A DNA stretch of 64,000 bases, taken from assembly GCF_018977255.1 (NCBI RefSeq), contig NW_024704742.1:682001-746000 (forward strand). Reading direction: 5' to 3'. A program made the translations under genes and the position numbers. Positions 40,254 through 54,108 of this stretch are shown here, piece after piece. The stretch's first letter is position 1. Every line of letters begins with the position of its first letter. This DNA comes from Callorhinchus milii (Eukaryota). The notes beneath the pieces were generated by a model. The model did no database searches and was not told where the DNA came from. It saw only the letters and a program-made list of their open reading frames with translations.

Positions 40254-43200
40254 CTCTTTGTACAATTGTACACTCACAATCACAGTTTCAGTACTGGGTC
40301 ATTGGCTAGTGATCCAGAATCAGATTTGCGGAGAAATGTTGCCTCTCTAAATTGGACCACTGAGGTTAATCTCCCTCGTTCACCCCCCCACCCACGTCCC
40401 ACCACCCTCGTGTCCCCCCCTGTACCCCACCATCACCTCGCAGTGCTGGCCCGACAACCTGAGCACAGACTGGGGTTTGCCTTGGTCTGTATAGGACTGT
40501 ACTTCTGGATAAGCTTGCTGAGCCACCGGAGGAAGCTTTATATAATTTCTAATGGGTTGTGCAGATGGAAGTAGTTTTATATCAAGCTGACCTACATGTC
40601 GGGTGAAAAGAAGCTTGAAAAGAAACCATTGCTTTACCTGATTTTTCGTTAAAAAAATAATATATAGACCAGATTCCTGGAAATGATCTTAATTTATTTA
40701 AATATTTATATTTACGCATTAAACATATATTACAAGACCCTTGGGAATAATCAAATTTGTTAAAAAATATATACAGTATTTGTAGGTTATACATATATAA
40801 AGAACTAATGTCTGGGAATAATCTAATTCATGCTATTCGCTGATAACGTAAACTGCAAGAGGGGAGTTTAAGGGGAGTTTATCGTTGCTTTCTATAAAAT
40901 ACAGTACAAAATTACACTTGTATAGCACCTTTCACATCGCGAAGACCTGCCGAGGCGCTGAACCCCAAGTTGAGATGTGAGCGTTGCAATCACTCTTCTG
41001 GTCTTTATTTCATCACATATGCCGTGAGGTTTGTCAGAAGTGAATATTTTCTGTTCTTGCCCACGTGGCTTTTGCTAGCAGGAGTTAATAAGCAGCCTGC
41101 TCCTTGTCTTTGCTATACTATATGGTAGCACTGGAGGGCTTATAATCATTGCATAATCACTGCAAGCTTCTGAAGTGGGAGGAATAGAGTAGGTGGTTAC
41201 AAGGAAAGGACACAATCTCCCCTCTCTCTCTCTCTCTCTCATGTATTACGGGGAATCAAAAGTCCTTACTCGAGTCATGGGTCTAAATGAGATGCTCCAA
41301 CTGCATGCCATGTAGACGTTTACACATATCAACGTTCACGAAGGCGATGAAAGACATCTCCTGTAATAGCTGCACACTCTCTACTAATGTTGTGTAAGAA
41401 AACCATAATTAATAATTAAAAACTCAGAGTAAGGGCTTCTGATTCACCCTGTGTGTGTGTGTGTATATCTATATATAGTATATATATATGAAAATAGTCA
41501 GCATTTATTACAATAGGCATGCTCACTATACACTCTAAATCAATTCATTCGCCCACAAAACACTTTAAAAGCCAGTTGACAATAAATCCTGTGAGGAGCT
41601 TTGGGACGTCTTCCTGACGTGAAAAGCACTATCCCAAATGCAAGGATTATTAATTCACGTGTGTGTTGCTCTCATGGAGGAGAGGGGGTAAAAGTAGATT
41701 GGGGACGTGAAAGGGTTAAGCAGGAAATCTAAGGAAACGTGGAGATGGTAGAAGTCAAATGGTTTTAGCACATTTATACAGGAAACTTGAATTGCACTTT
41801 TACTCCGAATGTTAAAACAACACATGCCAGACCTGTCTAGAGAAGCATTTGGCAGATGATGTGATTTACGGTGAACTTTCATCAGCATTGCAGACAATTG
41901 GGCTCTGCATGCTAAGAACGGATATGCATTAAAGCCCCTTTGTAATACTCTCTGATATATCACGACCTCTGATATAACTCACATTTGTTATGGCTCTCTC
42001 ACTAATAGAGAACCCATATAAAATGCATTTTATAACTTTTTNCCCCTTCCTCTCCACTCCCCCTTGCTTTATAACTGGCCTTATAACTGACTGCCCAAAA
42101 AATGTGTGGCTTGGCAGATGGATTACTTTCCTCGGATGGAAGGTAGAGGTGATTTATTGGAGCCCGTTTTTTATGACTTCAGTCACCAGTGGAGTTTCAT
42201 GGCTGTGTTAGCTTTCGGGCTTAATGTTACGATTAAAACTTGAAAGCCATTGATTCTGACGTTTGCGTTACGGAGATAGTAGATGAACAAAGGAGACAAT
42301 AAGCTCCTGTCCCATCTAACTGGTCTCTGAGAGTCTGCAGATACCAGAAACTATAAGAAATAACTCAATGCTGCTTGCTATATTACATTGAAGTGGGCAC
42401 CCAATCGTAAAGCCCATCTAAATTGATAGTTGGGGTGAAATACCTGAGTCACACAGGGAACTGCACCTTGGGGTTTGAAATGCAGTGATTTCAAGTGGGA
42501 TTTCTTAGACACTTTCTCACGACCCTTAAGTCGCAGTTGGGGATTGCTTTCAGTATTTGGTAGTATGTCGCACAGACACATTCTAAAAATAGTTCCTGAT
42601 GTAGTAACTTGACGTACTTCCACTTAATGCAAGATTTTTTTTGGTCAATTGGGATTCTGACAATTGCAGAAATCCATCACCTTGTTTAAGAATATTCCAA
42701 TCAGACTGGGAGTTCCACATATTGCATGCCACCTACATATGGAAATCTCCCTGTGACCTGGAGTGGAATGCGCACTCTTTCGCCTGAGACACCTACGTGC
42801 TTACTTAATTCCAGAGAGTTTTAGGCACAAGTTAGCGAGAGCAAGGCTTAGGGACCTCACGGTGCACATCGGGGTAACTGCTGGAGTCTAACCACCTAAA
42901 ACTGCATAGCTTGCCATTGATAGCGGGGTCTGGCAAGCTTCCTGCTGCTTGTCAAGCTGGGACCGCCCTACCCGTTAGGGCNTTTTTGCAGAATTAACAG
43001 GCACTGAGTGGGAAGAATACTTGCCTCCATTGACTGATCAACCCTACCAAGTCCTGCCAATGAGCCAGGCTGGCTGGACTGTCATCCGCAGTGCCCTGGA
43101 ATACTGTGGACCCGCCTGTGTCAAACACCTGGCTGACCTTAAAAGTATTGGTTTATAACATCTTCCGCCACTCATGTACTTGAACATGCACTCGTACTGT

Positions 43201-43469
43201 GATGACGTGTGTGACCAAAACTGCTCCCTTTGCTCGGCTGTGCTGCGGCACAATTTTCACAAGAGGTTTTTGCTAGTGATGGATGATATGGATGGAGGTA
43301 CCTTGATGTTGAAAGTGCCTTCCTTTGACTGGGAGTGTTCAATAGGTTGGTTACCGGTGTGCACTGGAAAATCAACATCCGAGCCAGGGATGATGTGCTA
43401 GTGGAGTTCTTGTGTGAGCCCAGCAGCACTTCATCCCATCTTTCTATAGCTCACTAAGCTTTTTCTAGC

Positions 43470-44115
43470 CACAACATATGAGGGATAGAGTCTGTAACTG
43501 TATGACAGGAGGTGAAAGTCACGAGACTGGAACTGTTTTCACTAGAACCCAAAAATAGAGGAGTTCAAAAATGACTAAATGTTTTATGAAAAGTTAACCA
43601 GGGACGAACTATTTCAAACTGTTCGCAGTCGGTAACTATAATAATAATAATACTTGCATTTGATAAAGCGCCTTATCACGTCTTCGATATTGTCTCAACG
43701 CGCTTCACAGAATAAATTGGAAAGCGTAGTGACTGTGTGTTTTGTGGGCAAAACGCAGTAGCCAATTGCGCACAGCAGTGTCCCACAAACTGCTGTGGAT
43801 TGAGTGACCACATTATTATTATTATTATTATTTCTAGTGCTGTTTAACAGTCCTTCAGGGCATAAGTTTAAAATTAACAAAACAAAAGGGGAAAAAAGAG
43901 CTTAGGAGAATTTTTTTTATGTACACACACAGAAGATTATTAAGATATGGATATTTTACACAAACCGGTGGTTCAAGCAGAATCCATAATGGCTTTCAAA
44001 AGAATATTGGGACGTTCGTTGGAAAAGAAAAAGTATAATGGGGAAAGGGTAAGGGAATGGGACCTGGGAGTGAGCACACTGATGCTGTATGGATTCACTG
44101 GGATGGCTCCCTTTC
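43470..44115 (+). mobile_element. CR1 LINE 3' fragment interrupted by a minus-strand SINE (about 43637-43830)
   Basis: ctggaactgttttcactaga (LELFSLE), cagggcataagtttaaaatt (GHKFKI) and gtggttcaagcagaatccataatggctttcaaaaga (VVQAESIMAFKR) resemble the CR1 C-terminus. Confidence 0.7.
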
Positions 44116-47100
44116 AAAGTCAGCTCAGTCACAGTGGCCAAATAACTTCCTTTGGCGCTGAAAAGTTTTTAGTTTTTTTCCCCCCCCACCCCCGACGGCT
44201 CAGGTGTGAACAATACAGGAATTTCGCGCCCTGGGAGGGTCGCTGAAATCCTAAGTGACAACACGGGGTCTGTCTGCTCCTGCGTGCTCTGCAAGTAGCC
44301 AGTAACTCCACACAACAACAACAACAACTCGCATTTATATAGCGGGCAGCGTCTAAGGAGCGCTCAGTGTGTGCTTGGAGCACCGGTGTGCTTACAAACA
44401 TTAGGGTTCCAAAACAAGCTGATGGCACCCTCCCTGTATCCAGCAGTCCCTGTCTCCTTCCTTCCCCCCCCCCCCCCCCCCGTCAGCCACAGGACGGCAT
44501 AGTTTGGCTCTCGCCACGCGTGAAGAGGTCTCTGCAGAGATGGCTCAGATAAGAGCAACGTTTCAGGATCCTGGCTGATTTAGATGGATGGGCAGCCTTG
44601 ATGACACCAGTGTTGTTCTTCCCAGACATGGTTGTGGAGACGTGATGACGGGAGAGAGGGGGGTGAGAGGGAAGGAGTGGTGGGGGGTGGGGGGAGGGTC
44701 GGTCACTGGACCGCAAAGGAAAACAAACAGTAGGGAGCTACCTGCTTGAACACAATTGGCTTTTCCCCTTTGCGAGAAGTCTCTTGTCCAGTAGCGATGA
44801 AGTGGTGTCTGCTTTAAGTGGTGGTTTGGTTCCCATCACCAACAACAGAGAACCATAATGATAAGAGAGGAGACAATCTTCAATCTAAATGAGATGCTCG
44901 GACCTTATTTCTCCCTGGTTTTCGCGCAGTAGATAAGGGATGTTTATTTATTTAAGTATTTATTGAAAACTGTGGCTATTTTAATTGCCCTTGTAAGTGC
45001 TGTTCGCGTTGATCTTATTTCTGTATCAACACATGAGCAGTCTCTTAAAATAAGCCCCGCTTGCTGCAGCAACCCTCAGATGTTTCACTGAAAAGATTTG
45101 TTAAGAATTTCTAAATGTAAATCTTTGTGGTTCATGTACACCCAAAACATGCCCAGCAACTTCTAAATTCCAAGACTGGCTTTTATTTAATTCCTCATTC
45201 TCCTCCTCCTCCTCCTCCTCCAGCCCAGCCCCTATCTTGCCCGCTCAAACACAGACACGCACTTAATTTGGCCATTGCATAAATCACTGAATGAACGTTC
45301 TTTGTTTTTACTTCTATCTGTTCGCTCCTAAATCTGCCCCTGGAATGAAAGGGGGAAATTTTGAAGCTGGAAGGTGCAAATATATAGGATTCAAAAATGA
45401 ATTGGTCCCAACTACCCGATCAAACTGCTGTGTGTTGTTGCTTTCTCTCGCTCACTCTCTCTCGCTCTCTCCCTCTCCCACCGTTTCTCTTTTTATTTGT
45501 CTCCCCAACACTATTTTTTTCTCTTTCTCCCTTTTGGCTCTTGTCACCCTCTCAGTCTCTCTGTCTCTCGTTCGCTCTCTATCCCGTGCTCTCTTCTCCC
45601 CCCAACATTGTGCATACTCTCTCCTCCCTTTTTCTCCCAATTATGTTACTGGCCTCCATCGCACTTTCTTGCTTTCCTCGATCAAATGTGGAAAATGGAT
45701 ATTGCACTCCAGGGTCCAAGACCTCGTAGGTAGGTGATTAAGGGGGTGACAAGGTGGCTGAAAGGTCATGATGAGGTGGGGGCGATAGAGTGGGTGAAAG
45801 GTGGTGACGGGATGGATGAAGGGTGTGGCGGGGCTGAGTGAAGGAGTGAAGGGAGTGGGTTGAAGGTTGGTTGGGGCTTAATCCATTTATGCTAAGGGCG
45901 GAGGTTTGAAGGTTGGTCTCCCATTCCCACTGAACGTGCTCTCTGCACGACAAGTCACGTTTCTGGCAGCGGTAATGTCTGCGTGGGTTGAGTGGAACAA
46001 CAGCATCTGTGTGCATCTAACCAAATAAATTACTGTTTGTTTTTCTTCAAGCGCAGACGGTTTCTAGTCACACCCCAAAACACCAGGGTTTGCTTTTGCT
46101 TTTGGCTTCTATGTGTTTTCGTGTGGGGGGTGGTGGGGGAATTGAGTTTTTTTCTTTGCTGCTAAATTCGAAATAACGCTTCGTGATAAAGCCTTAATAT
46201 TGAGTGAACGTGGGAGAAATAGCTCATGCTCTCCATGAAGAGAAGGACTTCCGCTTCCTTCCTTACCTGGCTTTAAATAACACGCCAGTCTGGCTGCACA
46301 TTGTCTGTAATTTGCGGTCCAAAGTCCTGCACCACAGGTCAAGTCGTGCACGGGTTCAAAACAACACAACTTCCGCCTGTTCATCGCCTTTCATGTCGGG
46401 AGGACGTCTCAGAGAGCTTGACAGCGTTGGATAGGCACCCGAGCTGGGGGTGGGAGCCGAGGGGGAATGGGAGATCCTGGAGTACTGCACGCTATCAACC
46501 TCAGCAATGCTGCCGCGGGGAGGCACAGAGTGCTCAGAGGAGACTATTTTCCCAGAGAGTTTGAGGAATAAAAGTGTCAAGTCTGGGCTCATTGTGTCCC
46601 AAGTGCTGTATTTACTCCCAAGGCCAGAATGATTTACAGCCTTGACTGGATTCAAGGCTATCATTCGGAAAGTGATCGTAACTAGCCTCAACTGAGCTTC
46701 CTGGGGATGGCAGGAGGGAGAACTGCTGTGCTCATTCATGAATTGAGGGCATTCGTAGCAATGCTCCGAGCTCTCAACACACCGCTGTGGTCCAATCTCC
46801 TGTTTTACTTTTTCGGCCTCTATCTGTGGCAGGGCATCAATGTACAATGCTGTTTTGTATCCAAATCGCCACTGGATTGCTGCTGTGTTATGAATGAGAC
46901 AGTATCTCCTTGTTTGACCAGCATAACCTCTCTTGTTTTTTTTCGTTTCGAGCTGTTTGAAATCAAACACAGATGTCCACAACAACTCTTTTATCTTGCA
47001 CCTTTCAATAAAAAAAATCCACATTGATTCAAGTGCCATGTGATCTTCCAAATTGCTTGACGGAGATCCTGAATGTAATCTTTTTGGATCGCTTGTGTTT

Positions 47101-49989
47101 TGTGTTATTAGGCGTATTTTAACTTGACTCTGACACCCAAACACAAGGTTGGTGTTGTCTGACGGTCATGGTAACGACTGCTAAGGAACAAAGCAAACTG
47201 ATCGTAGCAGTCCTGTTAGTAATTCTTATGGATAATGGGACATTACCAGTTACTGCAATGCCTTAAATACATATTGAGGCAATGTGCACTACGAAGGAGA
47301 TTTGGGTAATTTATCTTAGTTCGTAATCTGAAAGAGCTATCCAATCAGCCAGTTTCTCAGGTCAGTTTTGGCGAGTGAATGATACAAACAGTGACTAGTT
47401 CGGACAAGAGTAGGCCATGAGTCTGGTTGGACTACCCATCCAGCAGATGGAGAAGCTAAGAGTAACTGGAAGAACATCTGCTTCATGTTTACCTGCCATT
47501 TATGGAATGCAGTGCCATCTAGTGTACTGACTGTGGAGTTGTTTGAAGGGCTGGAAAAATAGCTCGCTTTCAGTGGGGGGCTTGGGGGTTGGCTTGGTGT
47601 TGAGCATAGAGGGAGATGCAATTGAACGCAGGTCTATTCTCATTCCTACCTGGACATTTTAAACTCAAGAGGAGGTCATTTGGCCCCCATTGTGTCAGTG
47701 CCAGCTGCTTCCTCTGGCTTTTTAAGTTGCCTTTTGTTCCAGTCAGCTGGGTGTCTGACACGCATGGAACCCATCACCATGCTTTAAAGAGCATCCGCCT
47801 CAGACGGAGAATTCCATGCTTGCTACCTCCACATGGACATTCCCATTTCTGGACTCTCTCTCCTCCCCCCCGGAGGGAAACACCCTCTTATTCCGGAGAG
47901 TATTAATAGTAATAATCCTTGCATTTGATTTAGCGCCTTATCATGTCCTCGAGACGTGTGAATTGACTGTATTTTTTCTGAGCGAAATTGGGCGCATTGT
48001 TGGCAAGAGCCAAGGCTTGGGCTACCCCGAGTGTGTGTTTGTGGTACCCGCTGGAGTGTCACTGGCTAAAGCAGCACAGTTTGCCATTGAAACTTGCCTT
48101 TTTAATCATCCCACATTTGACACTTCCTCTCAGCCTCTCGATACTTTTCCTGCTCAGGTGCTTATCCGGTTCACTTTTGAGTGAGTCTATTGATCAGGCC
48201 TCACCAACCAACAAACTCCCCACCCTCCAGCGTGGTGGGGTAGCGTGGTCTCAGGAACCGCGAAAGAGAGAGTCCATCAAAGTGCCTTTTCAGGGAAAGA
48301 GAGAGATGGACAATAAACATTGGCCTCCTACTGTACTGTTAATTTCTATGCGTCTAGATACCTTACAGCAAAGCTACCCTCAGGCTAAGTAATGAGAAGA
48401 GCAGAACAGGCTTTGATTATATTTTGATGTTGAAACATTACAAGGCTTTCTTTATTTCTCCCCCTCCACCCCCCACCCCACTCCACCCTCCTCCCTCCCC
48501 ACCCCCCCAACCACCTCTCCAAATCCACCGCATCTGACATCTGACTTGCTTGTTCCTGGTGTACCCTGGAGCAGTCAGTGTTATCTTTTAACTTCTTTGG
48601 CAGGCGCTTCTGCCAGAGGCACAGAGTCTGCTTAAATTGAGTGGAGAACCGAACTCGAGAGCTTGTTACCGTCTTAAGCCCCGGAACGGAAAATACCAGC
48701 AGCCTGCCTGCCGCTTGTTCCCCAGTCGCTGCAGCAGCTTGTTTTCGTTCGGTGGGCGGTGGCTCGTGAGTTTGTGTGCGTGGAGGAAAATCTGAAGTGT
48801 TTGACGTCCGTCGCAGTGTGTCCCCGGTAGAAATGAGAAGTGCTAGAAATCGAAAGGTTCCACTCCTCCTCGTGAGTCATCTCGCCTGGAAGGATTTGGC
48901 TTCGAAACTAGTGTTTTGGAGTCGAGTGGAAACATTTCAGAGCCAGCGTGCATTGGAGTGTGTCATGCTAATGAGAGTCCAGAAGCCGTCAGCAATTGCA
49001 CAAACCACTTTTAGGCAAAACTGGTCTTCAAAATGCAGGTTTGAAATGATCGCCTTTTTTAATATATATATATATATTAAAAAAATCAGTCACGTTGCTT
49101 TAGAAAATAATTTTCGAGCGATTTGTGGCATTGTTGGCTTTTCCTTGACCAGTTCATTGGTATTTTGTCTGGTCATTGAACTCACCCTTTCAGTGTTTCG
49201 CAGAAAATGCACTTTTACTTCTTATAGATCGTGTGTTTAAAGGACGGACGACGGATGAAGGGGTGTCACCGATGCAATTAATATCTTTGTTAGAGTCTCA
49301 GAGGGATCGTCATAATTAAATACCAACATTCCTAGCAATTGTGATCAGATTTCAAGATCATTTTGTGGGATTACTGGATTTAAACTAAGTAAGACCTTTT
49401 CATGGCAAAATAAAGTCCGAATGCAAAGGCTCTTGGGCTGCGGTGTAGAGGACGGGGCTTAACCCTTTCACCGGCAAACACCTGTATTTAGGTTCATCAA
49501 TCTTGGTTTAATTGGGTAAATATTTGCAGGAAAGGAAGAGAGGAAATTGGCTGGAAGCGAAAGGAACCCAGCGGGTAATATCTCTGAAGTGGAAGGAATA
49601 AAGTTTAGTGTCAGGGCACATCCTGAGTGTAGCGGGTCGGAAATTATATCAATGGCAGCCTGGTGTGCCCAGAGCTCGGCCATTTTTGTAGGGCGGTGTA
49701 CTTAATGTGCAGTAAGTGATGTCAGCACTTTGTTATAATGTGGGGCCTGTGACATTGGACCCTGTGATTTCCATCCTGCAAGACGATCACAATACACATA
49801 ATGACCATTCAGCCCGTCTAGCTGGCGCTGGTATTTTGATCACACTAGCCATCAAATCTAATACCACTCTCCTGCTCACTCTCCTTAGCTTTTAATATTC
49901 TTCATTTCTCAAGCCTCTGTCTAATTCCCTTTTGCAAAAGTTCATGGACTCTGTCTCGACAATGGTTTACGCTGAAGAATGCCACTACT

Positions 49990-50385
49990 TTGTGCGAGGC
50001 CTTCAAGATCCTTGCACTCATCTACAAATCCCTTCAGCCCCCGGCACCTCCCTATCTCTCCGACCTGCTTACCCCCTCCCCCCCCAACCAACCCTCTGCT
50101 TGGCTGGCTTTCGGCCTTCTGCTTGTCCCTCGTCCCCTCTGCTCCACCATCGGCGGCCGTGCTTTCAGCCACTAGACCTCGAAATTTTGGAAATCTCTGC
50201 CCCCAATCCCTCCACCTTGACCATCCTTGCCCCATTTTCAGATCACACCTGAAGACCTTCCTCTTTGTCGGTGCTTAGTCACCCCCCCCCCCCCCCACCC
50301 CACCCTGTTCAGTATCAGGTTCCGTCACTGTTAAGCGCCCTGATTCCCTAACTGGTGTGAATGGTGCTCTGTAAGTACAAGTTGT
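49990..50385 (+). mobile_element. L2 LINE 3' fragment. Further L2 3' pieces at about 1180-1325, 15560-15755, 28500-28770, 29890-30035, 37360-37615, 52560-52860, 54420-54637, 55880-56050 and 59060-59400
   Basis: FKILALIYKSLQPPAPPYLSDLL...LLVPRPLCSTIGGRAFS is a typical L2 ORF2 C-terminus. Confidence 0.85.
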
Positions 50386-50809
50386 ATGAATAATTAAGGT
50401 CTTGAAATGACAAACTTTCATTACGCTTTTCAGCTGCTAACATCTTAATGTACCAATTTCAGGCTTTTATTTGTGAAATTGTTTTGTTGCCTATAATACA
50501 TTAACAATATTGACAATAAAATGCAAGATCTCCAGGTAAATCCTTAACTGAAGTCGAATCATTCTTAATGTTTCTGTCAAAATTGTGTCCGCAAAGGGTG
50601 TTTCACATGTTAAATATAAATACCCTTTGGGCAAGACATTCCTCTTGTTGCTAAGCCTAGCAGATCTGGTGGTGTAAGCTATAATGGAGGAAATTCCTAT
50701 TATGAATACACGTCGTCAAAGTCAAGTACGCTTAAAGCAAGAGATATTCCACCCACAAGGTGCGATTCCGAATCCATTGACGAGGGAACCATGACAGCAT
50801 TTGTACTTA

Positions 50810-51150
50810 ATGATAATCCTTGCATTTGATATAAGGCCTCATCACATCGTTGAGACGTCTCAAAACGCTTCACAGAATATACTGTAAAATAAATTGACTG
50901 TATATTTTGTGGGCGAAATGCAGCAGCCAATTGTGCACTTTAGTGTTCCACAAACAGTCCTGGATTGAGTGACCAAATTTTTTTTTGAAAGGATTATTAT
51001 CCCCGGAAAAGCGATCCGCCAATCGACTAACAGCCGGGTTCCTATTTACTGCTAAGTAAACAGAGGCTTGTGCAGTAAGGAAACTTGTCTAAGGTTTCGC
51101 CCTACCCCGGGGTCCTATCATTTGCGAGGCAAGTGCTCTAAAGGACTCTA
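50810..51150 (-). mobile_element. SINE family A, near full length with head deletions
   Basis: Reverse complement of the family A tail, body and partial head. Confidence 0.85.
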
Positions 51151-52059
51151 CTTGGGTTTCAATGTATTTGTTCCCATTTAAGTTAATGAACAATCATATT
51201 CTCTTTACTTTTTCAAATATGGAAATTGACGGTTTGCCTCCAACCTTGATCAAAGTATCCCCCCACACAAGGTTGTACAACAGGGGTTGGGAATGCACCG
51301 AATGCATCGGCCAAGTGTTCAATTACAGTCACTGTCGAGTCTGATCATTAGAGATTTTTCTTCAGATGGAGAAGGAATGTGTGGCCATCAAAGTGTCAGT
51401 GGATGTCCTACTTTCAGAAGACTTTCTTGAATAAGAATAGAACTCAATGCGAGTTACAATACACCGGAAGATGTAAGACTAATGCCATAGTTATTTTATA
51501 TTTTGATCTCCCAGCTGAAGTTTTTGGTTGTTTCCAGTTCCTGGAAGGAAGGAAAGGGAAGAAAGGACAGGGAATGAATGAAGTAAAGGAAAGGAAGGAA
51601 GCCAAATGGTAGAACGGAGTGGATAAAAGTTTGTGTTTGGGAAGCGTTCACTTCGTGGCTTGTTTGTAGGACATTGCTGTGTGTAAAATTGGCAGCAGCG
51701 ATCACCTATAAATCCAGTCACTGCACTACAGCGCTTTGAGGTGTCTCAATGTCATAATCGCTTAATCAAATACAAGGTTTGTTATTGTCGCTCAGGAGGA
51801 GGCCATTCAGCCTAGTGTGTGCCGGTGCTCCCCAGTGGACCCATCTGCTCTAAAATATATATACATATATTATATATATATAAAACTGTTCTGGAGCTGG
51901 CGATTTGTCCCTGTTCAGTTAGTAACTGGGAAACAATAAAGAGAAATTTTAAGTTTAATAGGAAAAGGACAGAACATTGCAGCCTTCCAACAAACAGAAG
52001 AATGTCATCTGAATAAAGACGTGATTCATGAGATTTTTCTCCTCGTGGGATTTCATAGA

Positions 52060-52465
52060 GGTCACGATCTTGCCTGATTGCTGCAGCTAATAGCTCTAAT
52101 GCTGTAATAAATAACCGGGCAAAGTGGTAGTGGACAGTCTCACAGAGTACCTCTTTGTGAAATGAAAGATGTGAAATATTCAGCCATTATTGCAAACTTG
52201 CTCTTTAGGTGAAGAATATAATGTTTTAATCCATTTAGTAAAAATTTGGATCAAACCCAAATTTTTGCAGCAAGTATTAGGACAAATAATCCGAAATTTG
52301 CGCAGTAAAAAAGCCTTCTTGGCATCCAGGAAAACAGAACGAGTTGCAAGACCTATTGATTTAGCTTCAGGAATGAAATTCAGTAATCTTGTGTTTTTCA
52401 GACAGAAAACCCACTTAGTCTGAAATGGATAATCGCTGCTGCTGTTGCTGGTATCATTGACCATT
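52060..52465 (-). mobile_element. L1/Tx1-clade LINE reverse transcriptase remnant
   Basis: ORF track shows FLDAKKAF...FTKWIKTLYSSP...VCNNG (compare L1 SLDAEKAFD...FIxWIKxLYxxP...NG), followed by a frameshifted RGT..CPL...ALELLAAAIRQ. Confidence 0.8.
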
Positions 52466-53074
52466 TAGAGCAGGTTTTTTTTAATGTATATGCGTGAGCG
52501 TACACATTTGTATGTGCGTGTTTGTGTACGTATGTACGTATGTACTTGCCTTTGTGGGGCTCCCTCTATTTCCCCTCATTCTTTGTCTTATTCTGTCTTG
52601 AGATCCCACCTTAAACACCTATCTCTTCTGCTGCTTAGGGTCACCTCTCTCTTCAACCCTCCACAGCCACTCCTCCCCTGCACTGTCTGATCCCGTCATT
52701 GTCAAGCACTCCGAGACTTTATCCTGCATACAAAAACGTGCAGTTATATAGCACCCCTCGTGCAGGGTAGCGTCCCAGAGCGCTTGACAGTGGCGGAGCA
52801 CAATGCCGAGGAAGGGGTTGGTGACCGTAGGCACGGTCGAAGAGGAAGGTTTCAGGTGGGAATGAGTGACTGAATTCACTAGAGATTTGCCTCTCCAATG
52901 TCCAGCTCGTAGAATCTGACTCTCACCCTTTGAAGGATTTCAGATCTGTTTTAGGGGTTTCTTGGAAAATCTGCCACGGAAGGGCTAAACAAAGGGTGGT
53001 TTGGATCAAATAGTAGTGAGATACAACACTCGCTGCTCTACAAACTGAGCTTGAGTCAATGGCTGGTATGGCCT

Positions 53075-53235
53075 GCTGCCCTCTCTAAGGATCTAAATGA
53101 GATGGCTTTGGTGAGCCCACAATCTTGGCACCGTTGGTGGTCTTTCCCTGAGGATGAACTGGAAGCGAAATGAAAACCTCTCACTTTGTACTGCTTTGAA
53201 GTAGGGCGCTGTGGTTGAAGCAGGATGAGGCACAA
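53075..53235 (+). mobile_element. LF-SINE-like fragment
   Basis: Ordered motifs atggctgg..tggcct...aaatgagatgg...ttggcaccgttggtgg...ctctcac...aggatgaggcaca recall the LF-SINE body. By-eye similarity only. Confidence 0.4.
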
Positions 53236-54007
53236 CTCTGCATTGGATCTGCTCCATTCCACACGGGTCTTTGGCAGTGAGTGTGCTGGGATGTTACACA
53301 GCAAACGTCTCATTTCTTGTTGCTGTGGTTGCACACCCTGACTAACAGAAGTACTTACTGTGTGAACAAATTGAATAGTTGCAATGAATTATGAGCTTAA
53401 GGCTGTTATGTATTTTTGAGCTATTGATTGACCTATCACTGTGAGCCTCTCAACAACGCAGACCAGGAACGCCCAACGTTCTGTTGCTGCGGAATTGTGG
53501 TCTTTCGACACAACAGTGCAACGTTACAGCATTGCTCTCAGGCAAACTCTGGGAGCTGTGTGGGGAGGTGGACAAGGACAGGGCTGGTAAAATTGGGTGC
53601 GAAGAGACTGAGAGTAGGGCAGCCTGGGCTCCACAGAGTTATGTGGAGCAATATTGCACAGAAAGAAGCTGATCGGTCCAACCAGTCCACGCTGGTGTTT
53701 ATGAGCCTTCGTCTCTCCTGTAACTGCTCGATTGTTCTGTGCAAATTGCAGTTTCGTCACATCATGAAATAACCAATCGCTACTGTCACCTGCCTCTCAA
53801 CTGACTCCCAACTCCCGTTGGTATTGTTTCTTTGCTTTTTATTTTTTTTTCTTCGATCAGCCACATGTGGAAACCCATCCCCATGCTGAAGTGTCGCCGA
53901 AGCAGACTGCGAATTCCACATATACAAAGCCACCTACACAGGGAAACTTCCCTGGGTCTGGAATGGAATGTGCCCACTCTCAGCAGCAGGTCACCCTACT
54001 GACCTAA

Positions 54008-54108
54008 AGCAAAACACAGAAGTCGCTGGGAACACTCAGGTCAGGTAGCATCTATGGAGCAAGGAAAGTGAGTCAATGTTTCGGGTCCACGACCCTTCGT
54101 CAGAACCC
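54008..54108 (-). mobile_element. Penelope-like element terminal fragment
   Basis: aaaacacagaagtcgctgggaacactcaggtcaggtagcatctatggag...aatgtttcgggtcc...cttcgtcagaac resembles the abundant shark Penelope-type repeat end (recalled, not searched). Confidence 0.65.
54070..54108 (-). ncRNA. Minimal type I hammerhead ribozyme motif (probably degenerate)
   Basis: Minus strand GGGUU-CUGACGA-A-GGGUC-GUG-GACCC-GAAA-CA-UU-GACUC: both catalytic boxes, a perfect 5-bp stem II, and a pairable stem I (two G-U pairs). Confidence 0.65.
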
